Shown here piece after piece: positions 1-11,625 of a stretch of 57,793 nucleotides of DNA. The notes beneath the pieces are model-generated. The model saw only the letters and a list, made by a program, of their open reading frames with translations, made no database searches and had not been told where the DNA came from. This DNA comes from Bacteroidota bacterium (GTDB taxonomy: Bacteria > Bacteroidota > Ignavibacteria > SZUA-365), in assembly GCA_023432805.1 (NCBI GenBank), contig JAEYUG010000041.1:1-57793 (forward strand), in the 5' to 3' direction. A program made the position numbers and the translations under genes. Position 1 is the first letter of the stretch, and each line of letters opens with the position of its first letter.

Positions 1-92
1 CGCTGAACCTCCGCAGCTATGGATGCGATGGTTCAGCCCGTTCAACGTCCATGATGCCGGCGGCTGGGGATGCCGCGCGCATCATGCATGCA

Positions 93-1145
93 TCAGAAAC
101 CGACCTTCAACGTGAAGACGTGGTTGCCGTTGAACGTCTCAGCCGAACGATACGCATAATCGAAGGCAAGAAGAAGACCGCTCACATCCTGCTTCACGCC
201 CGCACCAAAGCTCGACCCGAAGATATACGCATCCTTGTCAAAGGCATCGGAGCCGGAGTTGCCTGCGATCGTGTGAGAGGCACGAACGAAGAACATGTCG
301 CGGAACCCGTACTCGGCGGCGACGCGATACTGGTCAACAAGGAAATTGTTGTTCTCGAACGACCCGCTGACCAGCACTTTGTGTTCTTCCGTGAAGGCGT
401 GATTGTACGCCAGACCGAGTTCGAGCGAGGTCGGAAGCTGGAAGCCCGCAGCTTCAATCTTGAGCAGCTGCCCCGTGCGATCGGAACTGACCTCGTTGAC
501 CATGCGATACAGGCCGGGACCCTCATAGCTCATGTTGCCGCCCAGGTGACGCAGGGTGACACCGAGTTCGAGTCCCTTCGCACCGGCGAGACCATTGTAT
601 TGAACACCGATGTCGAATGCCATCCCGGTCGTCGACACGCGGTTGAGCGTCTCGGAGATCAGGTGGGCGGTGACACCCGCACGGATGCGATCGGTGAGTG
701 CGCGCGAGTATGTCAAACCGATGTTGAAGATCGTCGGAGTGAACACACCGCCGGTCCCATCCGGATTGCGCTCGTCGGTGATCGGAATGTCGGCGAACGA
801 AAACGACTTGAGGGAGAGGCCGATGTGGCCGAATCCCGAAAAGTTGGCACCGAGAGCAAGGTAGCTGACGCCATCATTGTCGAACGATGACATCTGACTG
901 AACATCACTTCCGCACCCAGGGTACTGCCGGACAGACCGGCTGGATTGTAGTAAATGGCATCTACACCGGTGATACCGGCGAGATAAGAGCTGCCGAGCG
1001 CCACGCCCCGTGCTCCGACGGGAACGAGAAGCTGGTCGGCGCCTGCGGTCCCGAGACGATTTCCGCCTCCCGCATAGGCATCCCCTCGCATGAACAGCAG
1101 CGCCAGGATAACCAGGACAGATGTGTATCGAAATGCGCTTCGCAT
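93..1145 (-). CDS. Outer-membrane beta-barrel protein, PorV/PorQ-like (FadL-like); last gene of the TonB-receptor/T9SS-cargo operon
   Basis: ORF 93..1208(-); the likely start is the internal Met at 1145 (MRSAFRYTSVLVILALLFMRGDAYA signal peptide). N-terminal motif ...TAGADQLLVPVGARGVALGSSYLAG...IYYNPAGL resembles the PorV/PorQ family N-terminus. The protein ends ...FTLKVGF with a terminal aromatic residue typical of outer-membrane barrels. It lies 62 bp downstream of a T9SS-CTD cargo gene. Confidence 0.5.
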   Translation of the reverse strand: MRSAFRYTSVLVILALLFMRGDAYAGGGNRLGTAGADQLLVPVGARGVALGSSYLAGITGVDAIYYNPAGLSGSTLGAEVMFSQMSSFDNDGVSYLALGANFSGFGHIGLSLKSFSFADIPITDERNPDGTGGVFTPTIFNIGLTYSRALTDRIRAGVTAHLISETLNRVSTTGMAFDIGVQYNGLAGAKGLELGVTLRHLGGNMSYEGPGLYRMVNEVSSDRTGQLLKIEAAGFQLPTSLELGLAYNHAFTEEHKVLVSGSFENNNFLVDQYRVAAEYGFRDMFFVRASHTIAGNSGSDAFDKDAYIFGSSFGAGVKQDVSGLLLAFDYAYRSAETFNGNHVFTLKVGF

Positions 1146-1207
1146 GAATGAATCTCCTTCAAGAATGTTGTTCATGACCGTATCGTCAGTTCCAGGTGCG
1201 ATGCGCA

Positions 1208-4200
1208 TCAGATGCGATCGAGGAACTGTGTCTCCGCGACAACTGCCACACGCAGCACCTTTTCCGTCTGGAGTTCAGGCATTTCGATGTGGATGTAGTA
1301 GAGGCCGCTTCCAACAGGGAGTCCGTTGTCGTTGTTCAGATCCCAGGTGGCATACTGGGTTCCATCCTCCTTCTTCGAGAAGGAACGGACGAGTGTTCCG
1401 GAGAGTGTGTACACCCGGAAGTTGGCCTTGTTGGGGAGGTGATTGATGGTCACGAAGCGCTGATACTTGTTCTGTTCGCGCGCATTCGAACCGAAATAAG
1501 GATTCGGGAACACGTTGATCTTCGACACATCCTTCTTCGCGATGTCTGCCGAGAAGGATTGCTTGAGCGTTGTGAACGTGTACTTGTCTGTAGCGGAGAA
1601 CGGCACCTTGGGCGTGATCAGCCACTTCGAACCGTTCTGCCAGGGGATGCGTCGATTTGCGTAATCAGCCTTGAGCACATACCATGCGTAGTAGAGGATC
1701 GGCATGTTCTTGCCGTCCTGCTGGATCGAAAACGCGCGGCTGTTGGGGTTGGTGGGATCCAGCTTGGTCCATTTCGGGTTCGGTGTATCGCTGTAATCCT
1801 CGTCGAGAATGTAGATGTTCTCACGATCATTCAGATTCGCGGTGGGCATCCAGCGATTGTCATTTGCCACACTGTTCTTCTGTTCGATCCACGCGTAGGA
1901 AAGCTGACGCGGCTGGGCGGGATTGGTCACATCCCAGAACGATACGGGTGAATCGAAGTACCCCTGGTAGCTATAGTTGGGGCTCACCCCGCGAAGGTAC
2001 ATGTACCCCTTCGACGGCTTGGTGGTGTCGAAACGGATCTCGACGACGCGGTCGATGGTGAAACCCTTCACCGTGCTGCTGTATTCATTGCCATAGCCCA
2101 TTTCCCACCAGTAGCCACCGCGATCGCGATCACTTTCGACCGGCGTGAAGACCTCAGGACCGCCAGACCATTCACGAGCCAGAATCTCGTCGTGATTCAG
2201 TCGAAGGTTGCCGGGATCCTTGTCCTTTGTGAACTGGCTGTACACACCGGTTCCACTGATGCCGATCTTGAAACCGTCGACAACAAAGTAGTCCTTTTCC
2301 AGTGCCTTGAAACTGCGGGCACCGGTGACGACCGGCTTGTTCTTCGTCACATTGAAGAGATTCCACGCACCGAAGTTGGGAACTGTGAACGACGTGTCGG
2401 CACGGTTGTCGAGATTATGATCGTACTCGACCGTCGTGTCACCGATCGAGGTAAACGTCACTTCGTAGGTGTCACCGGTGAGGAGCACCGGGTCGACGAC
2501 TTCCACTTCCACGCGACCACTGGAGGTGCCCGCCGTATGGTTGGTTGCGAGCTTCTCGCCAGCTTCCTCTGAGAAACGCACACCCGGATTCGGAACCTGG
2601 GGACGCAATTCGAGCACGATCGGGGTCGACTCCAGCTGACGAGGAGTCGCAGTGGGATCGTCGTTGTATGCATATGCCGTCACGGCGAAGTAGTACGGCT
2701 GATTATTCACCAGCGGACGGTCGATGAGCGCATCACGCGTGACGTCGTACGAACGAATGATGCCGCCGTCTGTACCGAACTGGGCCGGCAGATCGAGGAT
2801 GACGCCTGTCTTCTCATCAATGAATTCATCGAAGATGATGGCGACCCCATCTTCGACGTCATAGGTCGCAAGACGGATACCGTCGGCAAGCGTCGAACTC
2901 CTCGTCGGAAACTGATACACATTATAGCCCTGGAACGTGAATCCACGATCGTTGTGCTTTTCAACCTTTGCAACGGACTCGGGATCACCCCAGTGCAGAA
3001 TGAGCTTGCGATCAAGCAACGAGGCCTTCACTACTGGTGTGGGAGGAGCCTTGGGAAGATCGAAATTGTTGTCGAATGCCAACTGGGCAAACTTGTCGTA
3101 ATACTTGAGCACCTTCAAGCTGCTGAGGCGATCGGAACCACGCGCAACGATTGCAGAAACCACGACTTCCTGCGTGTCACCCTTGGCCAGCGTGAACGGT
3201 CCGGCCGTCATGAGGAAGCGACGATCACCAGGCGTCGAAATGATTCCGTCGATCCATCCGTCGCGTGTGATGGGGTCACCTGCGAGACAAACCTTCACAT
3301 CCTGATTTGAGGTCGGATCGCGAAAAGCACGGCGATTGTACAGGAAGCCCTGCATGTAATTATACATCTCGATGGAACCGCTCGGATCCTTGAGTGTCGG
3401 GTCGCGATAGGTCGAGTTGCCGTTGATGTAAAACGCGAACGTCGAGACAGGCAGGTTTCGCCACCCTTCGCGCAATCCGAAGTCATAGTGCGCAACACTT
3501 GCTGCGTCGGGCACGATCGGACCCTGGAAAAAGTCGTACCCCATCGCAGGCGGGATGCCGTACACTTCGTCCTTTGCCAGACCGTTGTAGCAATACCCAA
3601 GGCTCAGCGTTGTATCGATGCCGACAAAGTCATCGTATGCATCACCGAGATCGGGATCGGACCACTTCGAAAAGTACGCGTCCATGATGTCGTTGACACC
3701 TTTGTTGATGACGGTGTACTTCGAGAAGACCATGTTTGCAAGGGGACCCTGCTGATTGTACGCCCATGTGAGGGTGTGCAGCTCGATCCCGATCGGCGCG
3801 GTGCCGTACAGATTCTGCGTGCGACGGTTGTCGAGATCGTTCGAAACGAACCACAACGTTTCGTCACCCGGAAGATTCGGGATGTCGAACGACGAATTGT
3901 CACCGTTGGCGAGCCAGTCCTCGAAATTCGGATCGTAGACTCCGTTTCCGTTCTTGTCGATATACGGTGCGCCGAACTCCGCCGGCCATTCGCTGAAGTC
4001 CTTCTGCAGATCCTGCTGATCCGTGCTGCTGAGCCCCTCGAAGCCGAGCTTGTCAACCTTCAGAATCTTGTAAATCCGGGCACGCGGATCCGAGGGATCC
4101 GACGCTGTGCCATCAGACTTGATATGACCGGCCTGCAGACCGGCATTGTATGTCGCGCCACCGACGCGGATCTGCCCTTCCACACGCCCGCCCCAGAGAA

Positions 4201-4459
4201 TACCGTCTGTGAAGACGACATACTTGGCACTGTTCTTCGGCCATTCGAGACCGGATTGGTCGGAAAGCGGATTGTGTGCTGTGCGGCCGTTGTTCGACAG
4301 CCACATCAGAATGTTGTTGACAGAGATGAAATCCCACTGGTCGTTGGTCGCAGATTTATCGAGCGACTTCTTCGCCTCGCCCTCGGGCTCCCCTGAATAC
4401 GCGGGACCGACGATGGCAACAGCGAACAGCAGAAGAAGAGAGAATCGCAGTGCTTTCAT
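1208..4459 (-). CDS. Large secreted protein (~1083 aa) with a type IX secretion C-terminal sorting domain; function unknown
   Basis: ORF 1208..4510(-). Signal peptide MKALRFSLLLLFAVAIVGPAYSGE from the Met at 4459. The C-terminal ~90 aa (INVFPNPYFG...RVYTLSGTLVRSF...GLYYIHIE...KVLRVAVV) match the Por_Secre_tail/T9SS type-A CTD pattern. No catalytic motif was recognised. Confidence 0.6.
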   Translation of the reverse strand: MKALRFSLLLLFAVAIVGPAYSGEPEGEAKKSLDKSATNDQWDFISVNNILMWLSNNGRTAHNPLSDQSGLEWPKNSAKYVVFTDGILWGGRVEGQIRVGGATYNAGLQAGHIKSDGTASDPSDPRARIYKILKVDKLGFEGLSSTDQQDLQKDFSEWPAEFGAPYIDKNGNGVYDPNFEDWLANGDNSSFDIPNLPGDETLWFVSNDLDNRRTQNLYGTAPIGIELHTLTWAYNQQGPLANMVFSKYTVINKGVNDIMDAYFSKWSDPDLGDAYDDFVGIDTTLSLGYCYNGLAKDEVYGIPPAMGYDFFQGPIVPDAASVAHYDFGLREGWRNLPVSTFAFYINGNSTYRDPTLKDPSGSIEMYNYMQGFLYNRRAFRDPTSNQDVKVCLAGDPITRDGWIDGIISTPGDRRFLMTAGPFTLAKGDTQEVVVSAIVARGSDRLSSLKVLKYYDKFAQLAFDNNFDLPKAPPTPVVKASLLDRKLILHWGDPESVAKVEKHNDRGFTFQGYNVYQFPTRSSTLADGIRLATYDVEDGVAIIFDEFIDEKTGVILDLPAQFGTDGGIIRSYDVTRDALIDRPLVNNQPYYFAVTAYAYNDDPTATPRQLESTPIVLELRPQVPNPGVRFSEEAGEKLATNHTAGTSSGRVEVEVVDPVLLTGDTYEVTFTSIGDTTVEYDHNLDNRADTSFTVPNFGAWNLFNVTKNKPVVTGARSFKALEKDYFVVDGFKIGISGTGVYSQFTKDKDPGNLRLNHDEILAREWSGGPEVFTPVESDRDRGGYWWEMGYGNEYSSTVKGFTIDRVVEIRFDTTKPSKGYMYLRGVSPNYSYQGYFDSPVSFWDVTNPAQPRQLSYAWIEQKNSVANDNRWMPTANLNDRENIYILDEDYSDTPNPKWTKLDPTNPNSRAFSIQQDGKNMPILYYAWYVLKADYANRRIPWQNGSKWLITPKVPFSATDKYTFTTLKQSFSADIAKKDVSKINVFPNPYFGSNAREQNKYQRFVTINHLPNKANFRVYTLSGTLVRSFSKKEDGTQYATWDLNNDNGLPVGSGLYYIHIEMPELQTEKVLRVAVVAETQFLDRI

Positions 4460-4509
4460 TGAATATATGCTCCGAAGTAATGATCCTGTCATTGAATGCG
4501 ATCCGTCCA

Positions 4510-7482
4510 TTAGAACGTTGCGCGCACACCGATGTTGATGCGACGCGGTGATCCGTATACGCCGGCGTTCATCAGGTTCTGCTGATAGTAAAAGTCCTGA
4601 TACAGATCTGCGAACACCTGACCGTACGTGGCATACTGCGCGAGGCGGTTCTGGCCTTCATCGGTTGCAAGAAAACCATTGTCAACGGCACTACCCGATG
4701 TCGCGTAAACGCTGGTGATGTTCTTGATGTTCAGGATGTTTGTGATCCAGAGGTAGACATTGAGATCAACTCCACCAACGTTGACGGTTTTGTCGAAACG
4801 ACCGTCCATCTGGAAGGTCCACGGTGTCCGGGATGCGTTGATCGATTCGACCGGCGTCCGACGATCACCGAAACTGAATTCATTCACGCGCGTATACGGG
4901 CGCCCGCTGCTGAAGTTGAACAGCAGGTTCATGCCGAAACGCGAGAGGAACTTCGATCCGAAAAGCTCGGGACCATCATCGTCAGCAAAGCGATAATCGA
5001 TGTTGACCGACCCGCGGTGCGTCTGATCGAAATCAAGAAGCTGCGCATACTTCGGCAGGTTCGGGGTTTCGGTCGGCGAAAGCCACAGCGCACGGAATGC
5101 GGACGACGGACTCGAACCCGTGCCGCGAGCATCAGAGAACGAATAGTCGGCCGACACCTGTACGCGTTCGACACGACGCACATCGATCTTCAGCGACACA
5201 CCACGACTCGTTGCAAAGTCACCGTTGACCCAGGCATAGTACGCAGGATGCTCGGCACCCGGCTCGGCCTGAATCTGGCGCTGCTGGATCTCATCGCTGA
5301 TATCCTTGTAGAAGGCACCGATGTCGAAGGCGAGATTCTCACCGATCTGCTGACGGAAACCGAAATCATACTGTGTCGTGCGCTCGGGACGCAGACCGAA
5401 ACCAACGGGACTCGATACCGCATAGCCACCCTTGATCTGGCTTGAAACAGTTGCAAGACCGAGATAGATGTTCCGCAGACGCGACTGCTGCACGAACTTG
5501 CCGTACTGTGCATAGAACACCGTCTGGTCGCTGACCGGGAACGAGAATCCGATGCGTGGACTGACGGTCGTGGAGGCCGGTACGTCGCGCACGTTGTTGG
5601 GAGTATAGTCGATCAGACCTTCAGGTGTGAACTTGATGTTCCCCGGATTGATGAACTCCTTGGAATTCGTGTTGATGTAGTCGTACCGCAGACCGATGTT
5701 GAGGACGAGATCCTCAAGCTCGATCTTGTCAAGAGCGTAGAATGCTGCAAACACCGGCTCCTTCGGTCCATCAGGACCGCTATCGACTGTACGACCGTAC
5801 ATGTCGTACCCGAAGTAGTTCGTGCCAGTGCTGCCTGCGATTTCGAGCGGTGTGGCATCCGGGGACTCGCGGATGAACTGCTTGAGACCGAACGCATCTA
5901 CACCGTAGCTGCGAATTTGATACTGCAGGAACTCACCACCGGTCTTGATTTCATGCGTCCGACCGATCTGATGCACGAAATTCAGTTTCGCCTGGAGCGA
6001 GTTGTAACGGGATTTTGTATACGCACTGTAGAGGGGATAGCCGAACGGCACGAAGCTGGCACCGAAAATCGGTGTCGTGAGCATCGGGATGCCGTCAGCG
6101 CGATAATTGTATCCATACTGCGCGTTTGCCAGTGAATCGCCGTACTCAAAAATGTTGTGCTTGTGGTCAGGGTCCATGCGGACGCCATAATTCCCAGCAA
6201 ATCCCACATAGATTTCATAGAATGTGCTCGGACTCAGCAGATGGGTCATCTTCAGATTACCGCTGTAATCCTCAGTCTCAGTCATACTCGCACGCCGTTC
6301 GTCATACTGCGTGGTGATGCTGGCACCACCACGACCATTTGAGGTCGCGTACGAACCACCGACACGGATGTTGACCGGGATGTCGTAACTGTTGAGTTCA
6401 GCAGTCACATTTCCCTGCAATGTCCACGACTGACTGGCTGCGTTGAGCAGCATGCCGCCGGGGAAGCGGTAATCGACCTTCTGAGCGGCAGAACCGAGCT
6501 GCGGATCGAAGATGCCGATTTTCTCCTGCTCGGCGGGATCGAGAAGCAGATGGGCCTCGGTGTTGCGGAGAATCGCATCGTACTTCGTAGTGAGATCGTA
6601 GGGCTGCCACCAGCCCGAGGCCGGTGTGCGGGAAAACGAGTTCTGCCCGGCGACGAAGAAACGGAAGGGTCCGTAAATGGGTCCGCCCGCCGTGAGAATA
6701 TAATTGCTGCTTCCGGTGCTATAGGTGCCGAGCGTCTTCTCGCCGACCTTCGCCCAGTTGTCAGTGTACGCTTCAAACTCGTAGCGCAGCTTGCGTCCGC
6801 CCGACCGTGTGGTCGTGCTGATCATGCCGGCATTCGCTCCGCCGAACTCCGCCGAGTACCCACCTGCCTGGAAGTTCACTTCCGCGATGGCGTTGTTGAT
6901 GACGGTCACGGAGCGACCGCCAAACATCGGGTCGTTGGCCGTGATGCCGTCGACCTGATATCCGGTCTTGTCTGCGCGGCTTCCACGCACGACCAGACCC
7001 TCGCTCGTCGACACGACACCTGCCTGGAGTGAGACGAGTCCCTCCACGCCGCGAACCGGCATGTTCTCGATGTCTTCCTGCGTGATCGTCGTCTTTGCGT
7101 TCGTGACGTTCTTGTCGACGAGAGGCTTCTCGGCGGTGATGATCACCTCTCCGAGACTGACCGCCTCGCTGACCATCTGAAAGTCACGTGTGGTCGTTTC
7201 TCCGCTGCGCACCTGTACATCGCGCACGGACATTTTCTGATACCCGATGGAACTGGCAACGATCGTGACCTTGCCGATCGGTGCGTTGAGAATCACATAC
7301 TCGCCATCCACATTCGTGGCGGCGCCACGTTCCGTGCCCTCGATTCTGATGTTTGCTCCGATGAGGGGCTCCTTCGTCTCGCGGTCGATCACGCGGCCCG
7401 TCACCTTGCCCGTCTGTGCGACGGCAAGAAACGAGGGGATCACGACGAGCGAAAGCAGCAGGAACAGTAGCTTTTTCGTCAT
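4510..7482 (-). CDS. TonB-dependent receptor, SusC/RagA-like (CarboxypepD_reg N-domain, plug, beta-barrel)
   Basis: ORF 4510..7494(-) with start MTKKLLFLLLSLVVIPSFLAVAQ (signal). N-terminal TGKVTGRVIDRETKEPLIGANIRIEGTERGAATNVDGEYVI is the carboxypeptidase-regulatory-like domain typical of SusC/RagA. About 990 aa; the C-terminus ...RINIGVRATF has a terminal Phe. Confidence 0.8.
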   Translation of the reverse strand: MTKKLLFLLLSLVVIPSFLAVAQTGKVTGRVIDRETKEPLIGANIRIEGTERGAATNVDGEYVILNAPIGKVTIVASSIGYQKMSVRDVQVRSGETTTRDFQMVSEAVSLGEVIITAEKPLVDKNVTNAKTTITQEDIENMPVRGVEGLVSLQAGVVSTSEGLVVRGSRADKTGYQVDGITANDPMFGGRSVTVINNAIAEVNFQAGGYSAEFGGANAGMISTTTRSGGRKLRYEFEAYTDNWAKVGEKTLGTYSTGSSNYILTAGGPIYGPFRFFVAGQNSFSRTPASGWWQPYDLTTKYDAILRNTEAHLLLDPAEQEKIGIFDPQLGSAAQKVDYRFPGGMLLNAASQSWTLQGNVTAELNSYDIPVNIRVGGSYATSNGRGGASITTQYDERRASMTETEDYSGNLKMTHLLSPSTFYEIYVGFAGNYGVRMDPDHKHNIFEYGDSLANAQYGYNYRADGIPMLTTPIFGASFVPFGYPLYSAYTKSRYNSLQAKLNFVHQIGRTHEIKTGGEFLQYQIRSYGVDAFGLKQFIRESPDATPLEIAGSTGTNYFGYDMYGRTVDSGPDGPKEPVFAAFYALDKIELEDLVLNIGLRYDYINTNSKEFINPGNIKFTPEGLIDYTPNNVRDVPASTTVSPRIGFSFPVSDQTVFYAQYGKFVQQSRLRNIYLGLATVSSQIKGGYAVSSPVGFGLRPERTTQYDFGFRQQIGENLAFDIGAFYKDISDEIQQRQIQAEPGAEHPAYYAWVNGDFATSRGVSLKIDVRRVERVQVSADYSFSDARGTGSSPSSAFRALWLSPTETPNLPKYAQLLDFDQTHRGSVNIDYRFADDDGPELFGSKFLSRFGMNLLFNFSSGRPYTRVNEFSFGDRRTPVESINASRTPWTFQMDGRFDKTVNVGGVDLNVYLWITNILNIKNITSVYATSGSAVDNGFLATDEGQNRLAQYATYGQVFADLYQDFYYQQNLMNAGVYGSPRRINIGVRATF

Positions 7483-7708
7483 ACAAGCCTCCAATGAGGA
7501 AAAACTCGTGGGTTGATTGCCAGGAAGGATGCACGCACGAAGGTCGCCTCCGGCCGCCGGGCCGGGTCACGGTCGATGAAAAAGCGTGATGAAATCACAG
7601 ACATGTGGGAGTGAATTTCTGTGGGCGGACCTGATGTCGTGGTGCAGGTACAATGCATCGTTCGAATGTATCATTACCTGCTCTTATTTCCAATGTTTTC
7701 CAGAACAT

Positions 7709-7728
7709 GCGTCCCGAATTCGGGACGC
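7709..7728. promoter_or_regulatory. Perfect 20-bp palindrome GCGTCCCGAATTCGGGACGC in the divergent intergenic region between the TonB receptor and sixA
   Basis: Read directly from the sequence. It lies about 150 bp upstream of the sixA start and about 225 bp upstream of the TonB-receptor start. No T-tract follows, so it is more likely an operator or dimeric-regulator site than a terminator. Confidence 0.3.
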
Positions 7729-7877
7729 ACCAACGGAACCGCAACCGTGCAATGCGGGGCATCGACGCTAACGAGCAGACACAGACCAGGCCAAAGCGTT
7801 ACACGCCGGCTTGCCGGCGCGAAGCGAGAATCATACTTTGCTCGAGAACGACCCGCATTGGCCATCCCGACACGACC

Positions 7878-8384
7878 ATGAACCCGCCTCTCCCTTCTCG
7901 CACCCTCATCCTCATGCGTCATGCGCGAGCGATCGCCGGCGGACCACTTCTCGAAGATCATGACCGGCCGCTCCACCCGAAGGGGACTTCCGATGCAACG
8001 CGCGTCGCCGAACGTCTGCGCGCTCGAGGTCTCGCTCCCGACCGCATCCTCACAAGCACCGCAAGACGTGCGATGGAGACCGCTGCCCGCGTCCGCGATG
8101 TATTCGCCCTCCCTGCCTCCCAGCTCGAATCGGATCGTCGGATCTACCATGCCGATGCCTATGAACTGCTCGCCTTGATTCAGGAATGCGGGGATGCTGC
8201 GAAAACGATCATGGTGGTAGGTCACAACCCGACGCTCAGTCACATGGGAAGCCTCCTCGTCGGACGCACCGTGCACATGGAAACCGCGGATCTGCTCGTC
8301 ATCACGCACCCCGCCGCATCATGGCCACGGCTTGCGCTCGACGGTCGCGCGACCATTCGGTTCCACGCATCCCCGGAGACCTGA
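7878..8384 (+). CDS. sixA: Phosphohistidine phosphatase SixA / histidine phosphatase family protein
   Basis: ORF 7653..8384(+). The conserved core begins at the Met at 7878: LILMRHARA (RHG-like motif), ...ILTSTARRAMETA..., ...VGHNPTLS.... About 168 aa. Confidence 0.65.
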   Translation: MNPPLPSRTLILMRHARAIAGGPLLEDHDRPLHPKGTSDATRVAERLRARGLAPDRILTSTARRAMETAARVRDVFALPASQLESDRRIYHADAYELLALIQECGDAAKTIMVVGHNPTLSHMGSLLVGRTVHMETADLLVITHPAASWPRLALDGRATIRFHASPET

Positions 8385-8438
8385 GACGCACATGCTCCGC
8401 TGTGCGGTGAGAGCGCGATCGGGACGTATATTGCGGAC

Positions 8439-10340
<1,902 letters not shown>

Positions 10341-10559
10341 GCAGCTGCCGCTCCCCTCACGCATTACTGCAGATATTCCCATCCGGAAGTGTGAAATCCG
10401 CTTCCCTTGCGCCCCCGCTTTTTGTACATTACTCCGTTGCTTTCTCCGCAATGACATGACCGGTCGTTTCGCGACGGCCGCAGCGCAGCACCTCCCTACG
10501 CGCAGCACCTTCTGATTCGTACATTCCTGAACCTCATCCCGTTCGAAGGAGACTCACTC

Positions 10560-11543
10560 ATGGCTTCAACCGTCAAAGTCGCTGTGACCGGTGCCGCCGG
10601 CGCCATCGGTTATGCAATCCTCCCCCGCATCGCATCCGGACAAATGTTCGGTCCCGACACCCGCGTGCGCCTCAGCCTGCTCGAACTACCGCAGGCCATG
10701 GCCGCCCTCGAAGGCGTCGTAATGGAACTCGACGACTGCGCCTTCCCCCTGCTCGATGGCATCGACATCTCGAGCGACGCCAACGAGGCCTTCGACGGCG
10801 TCAACTGGGCCATCCTCGTCGGATCGAAACCCCGTACGAAGGGCATGGAGCGCAACGACCTCATCCGTGAAAACGGACCGATCTTCGTCGGTCAGGGCAA
10901 CGCGCTTACGCGTGCCGCCGCCGATGTGCGCGCCGTGGTCGTCGGAAATCCCTGCAACACGAACTGCCTGATCGCCATGCACAATGCGGGCGATGTGCCG
11001 AAGGACCGTTTCTCGGCCATGACCCGGCTCGACCAGAACCGCACCATGGCACAGCTCTCGCGCAAGGCGGGCGTGGGCGTCGGTACGATCACCAACGTCG
11101 CCATCTGGGGCAACCACAGCGCAACCCAGTATCCCGACGTCGAGAACACGAAGATCGGCGGCGCGGCCGCAATGGGCGTGATCAACGACGACGCGTGGGT
11201 GCAGGGCGAGATGATCAAGATCATCCAGCAGCGTGGTGCGGCCATCATCAATGCACGCGGATCCTCGTCGGCCTTCTCGGCCGCCAACGCCGCCATCGAC
11301 CATGTGCGCAGCCTCGTCACGCCGACCCCGGCAGGCGACTGGTTCTCGGCCGCCATCGTCAGCGACGGCAGCTACGGCATCGATGCCGGTCTCATCTTCT
11401 CGTTCCCCCTCACCAGCAAGGGCGACGGCACCTGGGAGATCGTGCAGGGGCTTCCGCTGAGTGATTTCGCGAAGGAGAAGATCGCGGTGACACAGCAGGA
11501 GCTGCGCGATGAATTGGCGGTGGTCAAGGACCTCCTCTCCTGA
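10560..11543 (+). CDS. mdh: Malate dehydrogenase (NAD-dependent, Thermus/cytosolic type)
   Basis: N-terminal [15 protein letters not shown] Rossmann motif; 327 aa; an ...IWGNHS... segment typical of this MDH type. RBS GGAG upstream. Confidence 0.9.
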   Translation: MASTVKVAVTGAAGAIGYAILPRIASGQMFGPDTRVRLSLLELPQAMAALEGVVMELDDCAFPLLDGIDISSDANEAFDGVNWAILVGSKPRTKGMERNDLIRENGPIFVGQGNALTRAAADVRAVVVGNPCNTNCLIAMHNAGDVPKDRFSAMTRLDQNRTMAQLSRKAGVGVGTITNVAIWGNHSATQYPDVENTKIGGAAAMGVINDDAWVQGEMIKIIQQRGAAIINARGSSSAFSAANAAIDHVRSLVTPTPAGDWFSAAIVSDGSYGIDAGLIFSFPLTSKGDGTWEIVQGLPLSDFAKEKIAVTQQELRDELAVVKDLLS

Positions 11544-11565
11544 TCCCTCCCCCATCCTCACACAG

Positions 11566-11600
11566 CAAGGGCATGCCACACGGCATGCCCTTGTTCGTTG
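11566..11600. terminator. Bidirectional Rho-independent terminator between convergent mdh and the BNR-protein gene
   Basis: Perfect hairpin CAAGGGCATGCC-ACAC-GGCATGCCCTTG followed by a T-containing tract. Confidence 0.5.
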
Positions 11601-11625
11601 CAGAGCCCAGGGTATGGGTGCACTA

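Noticed and set aside
3488-4396. 302-aa ORF on the plus strand, antisense to the T9SS cargo gene. Similar long antisense ORFs occur elsewhere: 15688..16782(-), 17126..18298(-), 18823..20226(+), 25862..26839(-), 38112..39293(-), 40317..42326(-, 669 aa) and 44028..44909(-).
   Set aside because: In ~64% GC DNA, stop codons are rare in non-coding frames. These ORFs have Arg/Ala/Gly-rich, low-complexity, non-protein-like composition. Each is fully embedded in a well-supported gene on the opposite strand.
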